A stretch of DNA of 64,000 bases, taken from a virus. This document shows positions 18,668-29,900 of the stretch, piece after piece. How positions within the stretch are numbered: position 1 is the stretch's first letter; each line of letters opens with the position of its first letter. The notes under the pieces are model-generated. The model searched no databases and had not been told where the DNA came from. It saw only the letters and a list, made by a program, of their open reading frames with translations. Location of the stretch: the IMG/VR virus record IMGVR_UViG_3300020392_000004, one strand, 5' to 3'. Position numbers and translations under genes: made by a program.

Positions 18668-20104
18668 TTAAAATGTTCCGCCGTCAATAGCAGTTATCGA
18701 TACTGCACCACTTGAAACTGTGAAGTTTGCAGAAGCAAAACTTGCAACACCTTTATTAGTTGTTGTTGCATCTTCACCAGCTATTGTGATACTCCCGTCT
18801 GCATTAGTCACATCGATACCTTCACCAGCAGTTAGAGTTCCAGCTGCAAAGTCACCGTTAGAACCGTGACCAATTAACAACTGACCTGCTGTTGGAGCAG
18901 AACCGTCTACGCTTGTGATTGAACCTGATAGTGCAAGACCTGTTGCTTCTAATCCACCGAAGACTGCATCTAATGCTGTTCCCGAGAATGTTGAAGAAGA
19001 GTCTGTTGCACTTCCTAATGCTATGAATTTACCTGTTGAATCATCGAAACCGAAGAAACCAACTTTTGCACCTGAACTGTTGTATTTGAATTTAATACCT
19101 CTGTCTAGGTTGTCGTCTGAACTATCGTCACCAATTTCAAAAACTGGGTCAGCAATACTAACTGTTGTAGAGTTAACTGTAGTAGTTGTTCCACTTACTG
19201 TTAGGTTTCCTGCGATAGTGACATTATCAGGTAAACCGATTGTGACGGTGTTTCCTGAACCTGATGTCTCAATTTCGTTTGCTGTTCCAGCAAAGACCAT
19301 AGTTTCACTATCTAAATCAATAGATAATGCACCACCTGAATCGGCTTGGAAATCCAAGTCTTGAGCAGTGTCCTGTGAATCTACATAATCTTTTACTGCA
19401 GCTGATGTTGGTAAAGTAGTATCGTTGTCGTTTGAACCAATACCTTCTGATTCTGTGACAAATACTGCGTCTGCAATCTTTGCTAATGTGATTGCGTCAT
19501 CTGCAACCATTGCTGTTTCCACAGCACCCGTTGCAATTGTTAATGCACCGTTAGATGCAAGTGTAGCGTCTCCTGATATTGAAACATTATCAAATGAGTC
19601 TGAACCATCGTGAACAAGAATTTGTCCTGATGAAGGCCCAGAAATATCTGTATCTGTTGCACCAGCAAGAGTCGATGTTGTCGATGTAAACGATAGGTTT
19701 CCACTTCCGTCTGTTCCCAAAACTTGTCCATTAGAACCGTCTGCGCCCGGCAAGGTTAATGTCACATTTGAAGCCACACTGTTAGGTGCTTTCAATGCAA
19801 CATAATGTGAACCGTTATCTGAATCTTCTAATAACTGAATCTCAGCTCCCTGCGTTGCACTATTACCAACTTTAAAGTTGGCTGGTGTTGCAGTTGAACC
19901 TGATAAAATATCAGTAAAGTATTTACCACCGATTGCATGAATCAATGGTGTTGAATTATCAGAATCTACGGATTCTATGTAAAGTTTTGCTCCAGCACCC
20001 GAATTAGACCTATCTTGCACATAAGCTAATTCACCTTCAGCTAAATCACTAACTGCTGGTGCTGATACTCCTGTGCTTCGTTTAATTTGAATTACTGTTG
20101 CCAT
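18668..20104 (-). CDS. Fibre protein with Mtd-N-like N-terminus
   Basis: [10 protein letters not shown]...DLAEGELAY; [22 protein letters not shown]; [15 protein letters not shown]; ends IDGGTF. Confidence 0.78.
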   Translation of the reverse strand: MATVIQIKRSTGVSAPAVSDLAEGELAYVQDRSNSGAGAKLYIESVDSDNSTPLIHAIGGKYFTDILSGSTATPANFKVGNSATQGAEIQLLEDSDNGSHYVALKAPNSVASNVTLTLPGADGSNGQVLGTDGSGNLSFTSTTSTLAGATDTDISGPSSGQILVHDGSDSFDNVSISGDATLASNGALTIATGAVETAMVADDAITLAKIADAVFVTESEGIGSNDNDTTLPTSAAVKDYVDSQDTAQDLDFQADSGGALSIDLDSETMVFAGTANEIETSGSGNTVTIGLPDNVTIAGNLTVSGTTTTVNSTTVSIADPVFEIGDDSSDDNLDRGIKFKYNSSGAKVGFFGFDDSTGKFIALGSATDSSSTFSGTALDAVFGGLEATGLALSGSITSVDGSAPTAGQLLIGHGSNGDFAAGTLTAGEGIDVTNADGSITIAGEDATTTNKGVASFASANFTVSSGAVSITAIDGGTF

Positions 20105-20244
20105 TTTTTTCTCCTGAAAAAATAGTTGTCTATTATATTAAAAATTTGCAAATTTTTCTCTGCACTATTCGAGAAAGATTATAATATATCAATCCTCTCA
20201 CAATGAGGGTCGTGTCTCACTGAATGACACCTTGATTGTATAAG
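20105..20244 (-). promoter_or_regulatory. Structured ~140-nt 5' leader of the fibre gene 18668-20104
   Basis: Hairpins GTGTC/GACAC and CCTC/GAGG with similar ATT..GTGA loops, TTTCTC/GAGAAA hairpin, and an 18-bp palindrome at 20140-20157. Confidence 0.55.
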
Positions 20245-20252
20245 TATTTATA
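20245..20252 (-). promoter_or_regulatory. Late promoter TATAAATA
   Basis: Exact motif at the start of the 150-bp intergenic region. Confidence 0.85.
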
Positions 20253-20255
20253 CTT

Positions 20256-20468
20256 TTAGAATGTTCCGCCGTCCAAAACATTAGTGGTTTCCCACTTGTC
20301 TGTAGAAGCGTTATATTGTAGAACTCCTTTGTCGTTTTCTGAAGCATCGACATCTGAAAGTTCATTTATAGATTTTGTTGATAAGTTCACCGTATCGGTA
20401 TTACCGATTGCGACTTGTTTTGCTCTGATATTACTATTGTTTAGTATTCTTGCTTTAACTGTTGCCAT
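20256..20468 (-). CDS. Small fibre-associated protein
   Basis: INELSDVD...GVLQYNASTDKW fibre motif; ends LDGGTF. Confidence 0.72.
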   Translation of the reverse strand: MATVKARILNNSNIRAKQVAIGNTDTVNLSTKSINELSDVDASENDKGVLQYNASTDKWETTNVLDGGTF

Positions 20469-20470
20469 AT

Positions 20471-20803
20471 TTACCTCGTCACGCCTGGGGTCACTGTTGC
20501 TTGTCCTTCGACAACTCTAGTCTTTTGACCACCTGAACTATTTATATTTAGGTCATATACATACCGACCTGCTTCTAAATTCGTAGTTTCAGAATCGGTC
20601 AAACTTAAAGTCACTTGTCCTGATGCAGCTGCAATACTTGTTGTGAATGTTGCAGATATTGCTGAAGAAGCATAAGTTTTTCTAATTTGTGCAGCTGCAG
20701 AATATCCCGTAAGATTTAATGCTGTCCCAGCTGCATCAGTCACATCTACTGTGATAGAAAAGTCTGTTCCTTGGTCAATGAATAAGTTTGCAATAATAGC
20801 CAT
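20471..20803 (-). CDS. Conserved virion adaptor protein (Ig/BppU-like fold)
   Basis: ANLFIDQGTDF...NLTGYSAAAQIRK...GRYVYDL...TRVVEG...VTPGVTR, a common T4-like structural family. Confidence 0.72.
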   Translation of the reverse strand: MAIIANLFIDQGTDFSITVDVTDAAGTALNLTGYSAAAQIRKTYASSAISATFTTSIAAASGQVTLSLTDSETTNLEAGRYVYDLNINSSGGQKTRVVEGQATVTPGVTR

Positions 20804-20808
20804 AAAAC

Positions 20809-20816
20809 TATTTATA
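20809..20816 (-). promoter_or_regulatory. Late promoter TATAAATA, 5 nt before the ATG at 20803
   Basis: Exact motif; no Shine-Dalgarno before the start. Confidence 0.8.
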
Positions 20817-20823
20817 TATTTTA

Positions 20824-22419
20824 TTATCCCTCGCCAGAGATATATGGTGTTTGTCCACCGTCACCTTCACTTCCTTTTTGGAATTGTGCGTTTGGAACTG
20901 CTTGGTGTATCTTTTCTATACCTTGAGGTGCATGGACATATACCTCTTGTGCTTTTGCAACTACACCTTGGTTATTTACAAAGACACCTTTTACTTTTGC
21001 AACAGCTCCAACTGGTCTAGTTGTAGTGTATGGTTGTCTAGCAATATACGGAGAACTGTAAATATACGGTTGTGGTTGTTGGTGTATATAAGGAAATGGT
21101 TGTCTTCCTGTTGCACTACTCGTGACTTGTTGAGTTCTCTGAACAGAATATTGAGAAGGTGATTGATAATCATATGTAAAAGGACTTCTTGCATCTGCAA
21201 TATAAGGATATGGATTTTGTTTATCTCTTATATTAGGTTGTTGTATAGAAGCAGGATTATTATAAATCGAAGGTGATTGATAATCATATGTAAATGGTGT
21301 TTGACCTGTTCTTTGATATTCAGAAGGTGACTGATAATCATATGTGCTTGGTTGTTGGTATTGATATATTACTGGTTGTCTTGCATCCTTAATAGTTGGT
21401 TGTTGTCCCTGTCTTGCCTCTGCATATGGTGAGTTATATTCATATGTGCTTGGTGACCTATTTGGTTGTCGAGAAATATAAGGTTGTTGTGTTTCGAATG
21501 TTGGTGTTCTCCCCTGTCGAGAATATGTAAATGGTGACTGTGTCTGTGCTTGTGCTTGGCCTGGGATTTGGTAAGCGTGGTCTTCCCCTGAAAAGGGGTT
21601 AAAATAAAATGTTGTATTTTGAGCCTGTGTAATATATGGAACAGGTTGACCACCATTTGCAATATACGGATACGGATTTTGTGTCGATATTGCTTGAAAG
21701 GAACTTGGAGACCGTTTACTAGCATTTGGGATAGATGTTTGATATTGATATATGGCAAAGCCTGGAGAATCATCATCAAAGAAACGCCCTGGCGCCTGTG
21801 GAAACGGAGAAGATTGATAAGTTCCGAGATTCGGTTGTTGGTGTTGGTATATAACAGGATTTTGAACATTATGTGGTTGTGATACTCCCGCCTGTGCAAT
21901 TGGTCTCTGTGCATTAAAAGAAGATTGAACACTTGTTTGTTTGTTTCTAATTACTGGTTGTGTAAATTGTCCAATATAAGGAAATGGTGATTGATAATCA
22001 TATGTAAAAGGACTCTGTTTACTTACATCTTGTTTAGTAGTTTGTTTATTTCTTATATTCGGCTCTTGTGCGCTTGCAATATATGGATATGGTTGTTGTG
22101 CGCTTCTTATAAAAGGGTTCTGTCCTTGAGTTGAATTCTGATATGTAAACGGAGACTGATAATCATATGTGCTTGGTTGTTGACCCTGTCTTGCATATGT
22201 AAAAGGTTGTTGTGCGTCCTTAATAGTTGGTTGTTGATTCTGTGCTTGGTGGACATAGAAAGCAGGACTTTGGTAAATGAAAGGATATGGTTGTTGTCCT
22301 TGTCTATTTACTGAAACCTGTGTTATTCTTTGTGTTGTTTCAAAAGCTTGATATGCAACTTGACCCTGATAGGGTTGTTGGATTTGTGTCCCTTGATTTA
22401 TGTATATTTCATCAGCCAT
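20824..22419 (-). CDS. Pro-anchored repeat protein, internally mirror-symmetric
   Basis: Same unit vocabulary (PFTYDYQS, PNIRDKQN, PYPYIASAQE); C-terminal adaptor KGVFVNNQG/EVYVHAPQG. Confidence 0.88.
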   Translation of the reverse strand: MADEIYINQGTQIQQPYQGQVAYQAFETTQRITQVSVNRQGQQPYPFIYQSPAFYVHQAQNQQPTIKDAQQPFTYARQGQQPSTYDYQSPFTYQNSTQGQNPFIRSAQQPYPYIASAQEPNIRNKQTTKQDVSKQSPFTYDYQSPFPYIGQFTQPVIRNKQTSVQSSFNAQRPIAQAGVSQPHNVQNPVIYQHQQPNLGTYQSSPFPQAPGRFFDDDSPGFAIYQYQTSIPNASKRSPSSFQAISTQNPYPYIANGGQPVPYITQAQNTTFYFNPFSGEDHAYQIPGQAQAQTQSPFTYSRQGRTPTFETQQPYISRQPNRSPSTYEYNSPYAEARQGQQPTIKDARQPVIYQYQQPSTYDYQSPSEYQRTGQTPFTYDYQSPSIYNNPASIQQPNIRDKQNPYPYIADARSPFTYDYQSPSQYSVQRTQQVTSSATGRQPFPYIHQQPQPYIYSSPYIARQPYTTTRPVGAVAKVKGVFVNNQGVVAKAQEVYVHAPQGIEKIHQAVPNAQFQKGSEGDGGQTPYISGEG

Positions 22420-22420
22420 A

Positions 22421-23719
22421 TCATGTCACAAACCATAAGTGACCGACACTAGTTGACCCAACACCTGTCGGTGCAGAAGACACTACCTCATAATCTAATT
22501 CGACATCGTCACCATCGATTTTCACTCCGTTAGATGTATTTACACTGAATGAACCTGAACCACTTAATGCAAGTCCAGCTCCACCACTTAAGTATGATTG
22601 AACATCTGAATCACCATATTGTGCAGAACCATTTATAGTTAGGGTATTATTTGCATCGTTATATGACAAAGATATACCTGTTCCACCGATTAAACCTTCA
22701 CCACCTGTAGTAGTTCCTGATAGATAATCTAATACTCTCTCTCCTGTAAAATAGAGATTAGTTCCACCCTCTGTGACTGTATCCGAGGTTTGTTGATTAG
22801 TTGGAACATATTTACTTGAAGAAGAATTATATACTAATATCTGTCCGTCTGTTGGTGAAGTAGTATCAACATCACTTAAATCTGTTATTTGGTGATTTGT
22901 AATACTTGATACTGTTCCAGTCAATGCACCTGTTGAGGCGTCTAATACAACTGAACCACCATGTTTAACATCACCAGTAATATCACCAGTGACATTACCT
23001 GTTAAATTACCAACCAATGCACTAGAAGTTATAGAACTAAATCCTGTTCCCACTCCACCTGTTATTGTTGCAGTTCCGTCTGTTATAGAAGGTGATTCAA
23101 AAGTATGTCCTGTATCGATTTTAACATCACCATTAATGAAAGTATTACCTTCATTTTGAATTTGATATCCTGATTGTAATGAAGTGGCTGCAGTTAGAGT
23201 TCCATTTAGAATTACTCCTGCTGAATTAGTATTGTAGATTGTGTTCGAAGCAGTCTCGGTAAACTTACCTCCACCGCCACCACCGTCAGCAGCGACTCCA
23301 CTTTCAGAACCAGTGTATGAATATATTGTTATGACATCATTAGCACTTGTTGCAGCGTTTATTAGTAATCCACTATTAAAAACATCACCAGAGCTTATTG
23401 CAGAAAAACCTGCTGTTCCTGACCCACCCTCGATTAGGTGATTACCATTTAAGTAAACTTGTATTTTACCTTGTCTATATTTTAAAACATTTCCATTTTG
23501 GTCTGGCCCTGAAAAAGTCACCTGGCCTGCGGTTGCAACATATTCAAATTGTTGAAAGAAGAATGTTTTATCTTCGATTACATTTATTGCATCTACTATA
23601 GTATTTGGACTTTTTAATGAGCCTCTTAAACCTGTAAGGCTCCCCACTTCATTTACAAGTGTGTTGTATGAACCTCTAAATTCATTTAGAGTTTGATTTT
23701 CATTTATTGTATTAGCCAT
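22421..23719 (-). CDS. Fibre protein
   Basis: N-terminal helical attachment region, QVYLNG domain, GNLTGNVTGDITG repeats, LSDVD..DGQILVYN motif, C-terminal SAPTGVGSTSVGHLW. Confidence 0.75.
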   Translation of the reverse strand: MANTINENQTLNEFRGSYNTLVNEVGSLTGLRGSLKSPNTIVDAINVIEDKTFFFQQFEYVATAGQVTFSGPDQNGNVLKYRQGKIQVYLNGNHLIEGGSGTAGFSAISSGDVFNSGLLINAATSANDVITIYSYTGSESGVAADGGGGGGKFTETASNTIYNTNSAGVILNGTLTAATSLQSGYQIQNEGNTFINGDVKIDTGHTFESPSITDGTATITGGVGTGFSSITSSALVGNLTGNVTGDITGDVKHGGSVVLDASTGALTGTVSSITNHQITDLSDVDTTSPTDGQILVYNSSSSKYVPTNQQTSDTVTEGGTNLYFTGERVLDYLSGTTTGGEGLIGGTGISLSYNDANNTLTINGSAQYGDSDVQSYLSGGAGLALSGSGSFSVNTSNGVKIDGDDVELDYEVVSSAPTGVGSTSVGHLWFVT

Positions 23720-23921
23720 GTGTTTTCTCTATAAGTTCCTTCAATAAACCTTTTATATCACTCAATTCATCTTTTAGATTATTTATGTCTTCTCTCTGAT
23801 TTCTCATAATTTGTCTTCTTCTCATTGTAAGACGATATTGTTCAACATCAGTATTAATGATTGCATGAGACTCTTCGTCTCTAACTAAATGTGAATGTCC
23901 TTCTACTTTTAAATCTGCCAT
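23712..23921 (-). CDS. Conserved small T4-like hypothetical protein
   Basis: KVEGHSHLVRDEESHAIINTD followed by a coiled coil; translationally coupled to both neighbours. Confidence 0.75.
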   Translation of the reverse strand: MADLKVEGHSHLVRDEESHAIINTDVEQYRLTMRRRQIMRNQREDINNLKDELSDIKGLLKELIEKTHG

Positions 23922-26900
23922 TATGCTAATGCCATGACTCTCAATGCAGATACCATTGGAACTACACTAGAGTTTTGACCTTGTCCTACAATTTTAATTA
24001 TGAAAGAAGAGAACTCTGGCAAGTCATTTACGGTATATTCATATTCCTTAAAGTTTCTTGCATCATTCTCAACTGCACTATCGGGTGAACCATCTGTATT
24101 AAAGAATTCAAATCCTATATCGTCAAGTGGTGTTTGTTCGTCACTCTTGACAATTTTAAACATATACTTCAATTCAGTTGTCGGTGGTCTAAAGTTATCT
24201 GCAATCACCTTGAGTGAAGTAGCTGGATTTTTAAGGTTTACCTTTCTTGTCACATAGATAAATGCATTTTGGTCACCTTCGGGTTCTGTTGAAGGTATAT
24301 GTGTAATATCTGATGGTAATGACACCGTCACTCCGTCAACTTTCTTACCACTTTGATTATCTATGTTATTAATTCTATTTGATATTGCAATACAACCAAT
24401 CGTTCCAACATCTATCACTGGTGATACATTTGGATTTCTTGACAACATTTGAGTTATCAATCTGAATGACCTTTGTGATTGCATTTTATTTGTTTCGTTA
24501 ACCACTGAAGCAACTATGCCTGGAGCGTCTAGGAATGTATTATCATTCAGTGTTATAAAGTTGTTTGTTGTTCTTCTATTGTAAACTGTATCTCCTGAAC
24601 TTATGAATCCTTCTGGCGATTTCATTGCAGTTGTATTGATACTTGATACTACTTTACAACTTCCAACTTGTGTAGAAGGTATCATAGTATGTAATGAATC
24701 AAAGATATAGTTTCTAGATACTTGGACTGATGAACCACCACCTGTTGTTGTTTCTAATGCAGTATAACCACTTACAAATTTACTTTTATCTATAAAACTA
24801 GTTAGATTACATGCAACATTGAATGAATCAATACCTATATTTGCAACACCATTAGTTGAGGAGTCTCCAAATGTTGTATTGATTGCAGCGACTGGGATAC
24901 CTCCTAGTGTATCACCGATTGCCACCACTGTGATTGTTAAGTCTGCTGTTCCACCGTCAAAGTTATCGAATGTGACTGTATTACCGACTGCATATCCTTG
25001 GCCTGGATTTACAATTCTTATACCATTTGTTGTCCCTATTGCACCACTTGCTATCTCTACATTTATTATCATACCTGTTCCACTTCCATCTGTGGAATCA
25101 GCAGTTTGTGCGTTATGATTACCGTCACTTGGTGTCTCTGATAAACTTGGACTTCCTACTTCTAATACAGAACCTACTCTATCTCCGACTACTCCTGATA
25201 TTTGAACATTTGAACTTTCGTCATATAATCCATGATTGTATGCAGAAACTTTCACATTATTACTACTTACAGTTGTTAATAATGGATTTTTTCCTAATGT
25301 ATCTAATTCAAGGTCTTTATTTTCAAAATGTATAGCAGGAATTTTAGTAGTATCAAACTTACATATCTTCATAGTAAATTTCATATCATCTGTTTGTTCT
25401 GCTGTCCATGTTGAAGCATTCTGTGATAAGAATAATGAACCTGCGTATGGTTGACCTGATATCTGTTGTCCTGAAGCTAAATCAGTTTCACCCATTCTTG
25501 ATATCCATTGTTCATATTCATTTGAGTTTGAGTAAACAATCAATGCATATTCTTTCTTCTCTTCAACATAAACTGGTGATTCGAATGAGAATGTTGTTGC
25601 AACTGTTCCGTCAGCAGATATATTAACATCACTTGGATTCTTTGTGACTGTTGAGAAAGGTAATACTATTTGGCCTGGATATCCATTTACCATGTTTCTA
25701 ATTTCAACTGAAACTGGCATGTGTGTATCTTTTGCTTGGAAGAATACATCTACGGAAGATATAAACATTCCTCCACTTGCCTCACATAAGAATGATTGTG
25801 CAAGTGGGTCACCCCAACCTCTTTCTAACCTAGAACCAATTCTAAATTCTAATTCAGGTGGTAAAGGTGGAACTGGTATTGCTGGTGGTTCTGGCACCTC
25901 TATTGGGAATACAATTACTGGGTCTGCCACAATAGGTTCAGGTATCGGTATAGTATCGACTGGAATATCGGGTGCAATCGTATCGGTTGGAGATATGTTT
26001 AATCTTTCACCTCTTCTTTGTATCTGTCTCTCACCCTCTGTTAATTGTGATATAACTCTTCCATTCCTTGTTGAAACAATTTCTGTTTGTGAACTTGACA
26101 ATAATCCTTGAGCTTGGTATACTGCTGAACCTGAACTTGGTGGATTAGATAAGTTATGGAATGAAGAGGTTAACTTTAATTCTCTTTGTCCTGTAGGGAA
26201 TCTTTGAGTTTCAGTATTTGGTAATTCAAAGAACCCTCTCAATCTTCCATTACCGTCTGATTTAAGATTTGAAGAGACTGTAGTTCCACCGTCCTGTGAA
26301 TATGCAGTTGATTGTGGTCTCACAAACTTATCTACTCTGATTCCGTCAAAGAAGAAGTAATGGTTTGTATTTGGTTTTAAGTTTGTTGCATCTATCTCAA
26401 TAGTTCTTGCCCTCATGAAAGGGATAATTGCAACTGATACTATTCTATCGTTTCTTGTTTCTACAAAATCTTCTACAACACTTGTAGTGATACCTGTTCT
26501 AGTTTGTATCTCGGGTGACTCTGTAATTTCTCTAGTGACTTCTTGACCCGCTTGCCATTCACCACCTTGAGCTGGGTCACCTGACCATGAACCTGCTGTA
26601 GTTGATTGAACTTCTGATTCAACTGATGAAGGTTCTCCAACCCATGTTGTTTGCCATGAGTTCCAAACTGTTCCTAAAGAGTTTCCAACTCCTGACATAA
26701 CAGCGTCAAAGTTTCCTTCTCTATTAACTCTAACATCGGGTAATCTTTCTGTATCGTTCCATATGTCGGTGCCTGGCGTTAATTTAACATTACCGATAAA
26801 TGCAAAGACATGATATGGGTTAACATTAATATGTCTTGAAGCTTTATCTTGATTAATATAATTTACTTCTGTAAATGGTAGAGTAATCAAGTCACCAGTC

Positions 26901-29900
26901 TGTTGATAGTTCGTTGAATTTGTTGTATCTAAATTCAAATCAAAGAACTGTTGCATATTTTGAGGTCTTAACATACCCATTTTTGTATCGATAGAACATT
27001 TATAATCGGGGTGGTTAACATCACCAATCTTATGTCCTCTAAAGTTATCGACCAAGAATCCTGACTTGAATCTATCGAATCCGTCTGCATCTAATACCTG
27101 TGCAGATTGTGTATCTTTTTCTAATAGAGATAGGGAAGTGACTCTTTCTAGGTTTGTGACTCTTTTATTAATACGACCTATGTCTTTCATGGTGTATCGT
27201 CTATGGTCAAAACTTCTAACTTTAATCTCTGATAATTTTTTTGTAAATGCTGGTATGAACAATTCAAACATTTCTATTGAATCGTCAATTGCTTTAGGTC
27301 TAGTTGGTGATAATGACGGGATACCTGTTGATATTTCAAATAGTCCGTCTTTACCAAGATAGATTCTATCTATTCTAGAAGTATAGAATTCTATATCTCC
27401 AACTGTTGCACCACCCTTCATAGGTGTGTCTAAAGCAGCTGCACCTGCTCCTGTAAATACTTTGTTTTCATATTTGAATGGGTCACCACTTAATCCACTT
27501 GATATGTTTGCTGGACTACTTGGGTCGGGATTTGCAGAAGAGAAGTTTGCATCTGAAAATAATTGTGCAACTGTTGGTCTATAATCGACTGCATCTGATA
27601 GTTCGTATTCACCATCAGGTTCTAATCCACCCATATCTATTCTGTTCGGTGAGTAAACTGGTATTTCTTTATAGTCTAAACCTGCGTCTGTATATGAATT
27701 TACATCATAAAACTCTCCACCATTTGAAGTGAAGTTATCGAAGACTATGAGAATTGAATTGTTTGGTGTAGGTTCACCAGGCTTCAGTGTAATTTTTGCA
27801 ATATCATAGAAACCATCTCTCTGACCATTGTCAAAGAAATATCTTTGTGTGATATTATCTGACCCTGTTGTTATTAGGTCTATATCTGCAGCTGCATTTG
27901 TTATTTGACCTACACATGTTTCTCCGTCTGTAAAGACAAAGTCATTTAAGTAATAGAAAAATGTTGACCCTGAATTTGCATATTTAACAATTCTTGCTTG
28001 GGCACCTGATGTTTGACCTATGATTACTTCGTCTTTTACAAAGTCTGTTCCTGTATAAGAAGCACCACCTAATCTTCCACTTGGAGGTAAAGGTGTAGAA
28101 CCACCGATACCTTCATAGACTGCTCTAACTGATAATACATCTGCAACACCTAATGTTATGTCTTTGTTATCATAACATGTTCCGTAATCTGAAGCACCTG
28201 CTACAAATGCAGTATCTACTATTGCACAACGAGACCTATTTAATACTTTGTTTCTATGTTCAGGTGAATCGTCAATAACTGTAAATGATACTAGATATTT
28301 TACTCCGTCTGAAGCAGTAGTATCGAACTGAATCGATTGACCACCACCACCGAGGTTAGATGCAGTTGGAGGTGAACTTGCAAAATCTATCTCTGCACCT
28401 AATACATTTCCTCCACCTGTATTACCGTCAGTATTTAAAATTGATAACTGGAAATTATCTCTATCTACTGTAGAGAAGGTTTCACCTGCTCCAGTTGTGA
28501 TTGTGACCTTACCACCTGAAGCTGCAATCACTTTTTGTCTTCTTATTGATATTCTATCAGGTGTATGTTTTTTTACATAATCTCTTGGCCATGCATATAT
28601 TGCTACTGCTTGGTCTTGGTCAAATAGTTTGACTCTCCTTCTTGTTGCAGAAGGGTTGACATCAAATGCTGTGACACTACTTGTTGCAACTGTTTGAGCT
28701 GTGACTGAATCTGTGACGGTAGAAATTACTTGTTCGTCACCATTACCATCGATAATGATATCACCCTCTTTAAGTTCAGCAGTAAATCTTGTTCCAAAAC
28801 CAGTGATATTACCATTGGCTGCAATTGATACACTTCCTGTTAATGTGTTATCACCGTCTGCAACTGCATCTGCTGTAAAGTCTGCATCACCTGAACCACT
28901 TCTTTCTTGTCCTATACCTCTAACTCTGTCTATGTTAAATGTTCTAACTTGGTTTGCAATACCTCTAAAGTTTTCTCCGACTACAGTGAATGTTGCAGTT
29001 CCGTCACCTTCTGATGTAATTGTCTCACCATGCACGAATGTTCCTACAACATCATGAACATACATATTTACACCGTTGACATGACCTACGATACCTGTTG
29101 CACCTGATGTTCCACCGATAACTCTATCACCAACATTTGAATTTGATATTGAGCTACCAGCTTTTAATTTAGTGAACATTTTTATATCAAAGAGATATAA
29201 ACCTGTGTTATCGTTTGTGGCTCCAAAGTTGTCTATATGTCTAACTCTTGCAAAACCAATATGGTCTTCACTGTTTAGTGTTCCTGCTACTGCTGTGATA
29301 CTTGGGAATAATTTACATATTGCATATGGTGTGATTGCACTTGCACCACTCTCATTACCAAAATCGGGAAACCCAAAACCATTTTTGACTTTTATGAATT
29401 GTCCTAATCTTGTTGGAGTATTTGCAGTATTTAATGTGACTGTTTGTCTTGCTTTGTTTATGTTTAGATTGGAAGTTCCAATTTTATCTATCTCATATCC
29501 CTTAACATATGCCTTTCCTGGCGATACTTGGAATACAAATTTTTCTTCTTTACCACCTTGTGCTTTGAGATAGAATCCTCTGTTTGTTGAATCGTCTAAA
29601 TGTTCTCTTAAACTATGTGTAAACTGATTGACTATGAAATCACCGTTTGCATCGAAAGTTCTTCGTGCAAGAGTGTTTTCAATCTCTGTATACATAGGTC
29701 GATTAGTATGAAGTTCAATCTGACCTTTGTTAACTCTAACTAACTCTATGAAGTTTGCATCTTCTGTGGAAGTTAAATCATATTTGGAAAGAGTTAATGT
29801 AAACTTGAGTCTATCAGCACCAGCTGCATTTTCATTTGAAGTTCCCTGTGCATTATCATAGAGAGAACTATCTTCTGCAACTGATATTAATTCTTCTTTT

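Noticed and set aside
12527-21932. Alternative-frame ORFs in the repeat genes (12527-12913, 12992-13384, 13897-14232, 21369-21932)
   Set aside because: By-products of stop-poor repetitive codons; fully nested in better-supported genes and without initiation signals.
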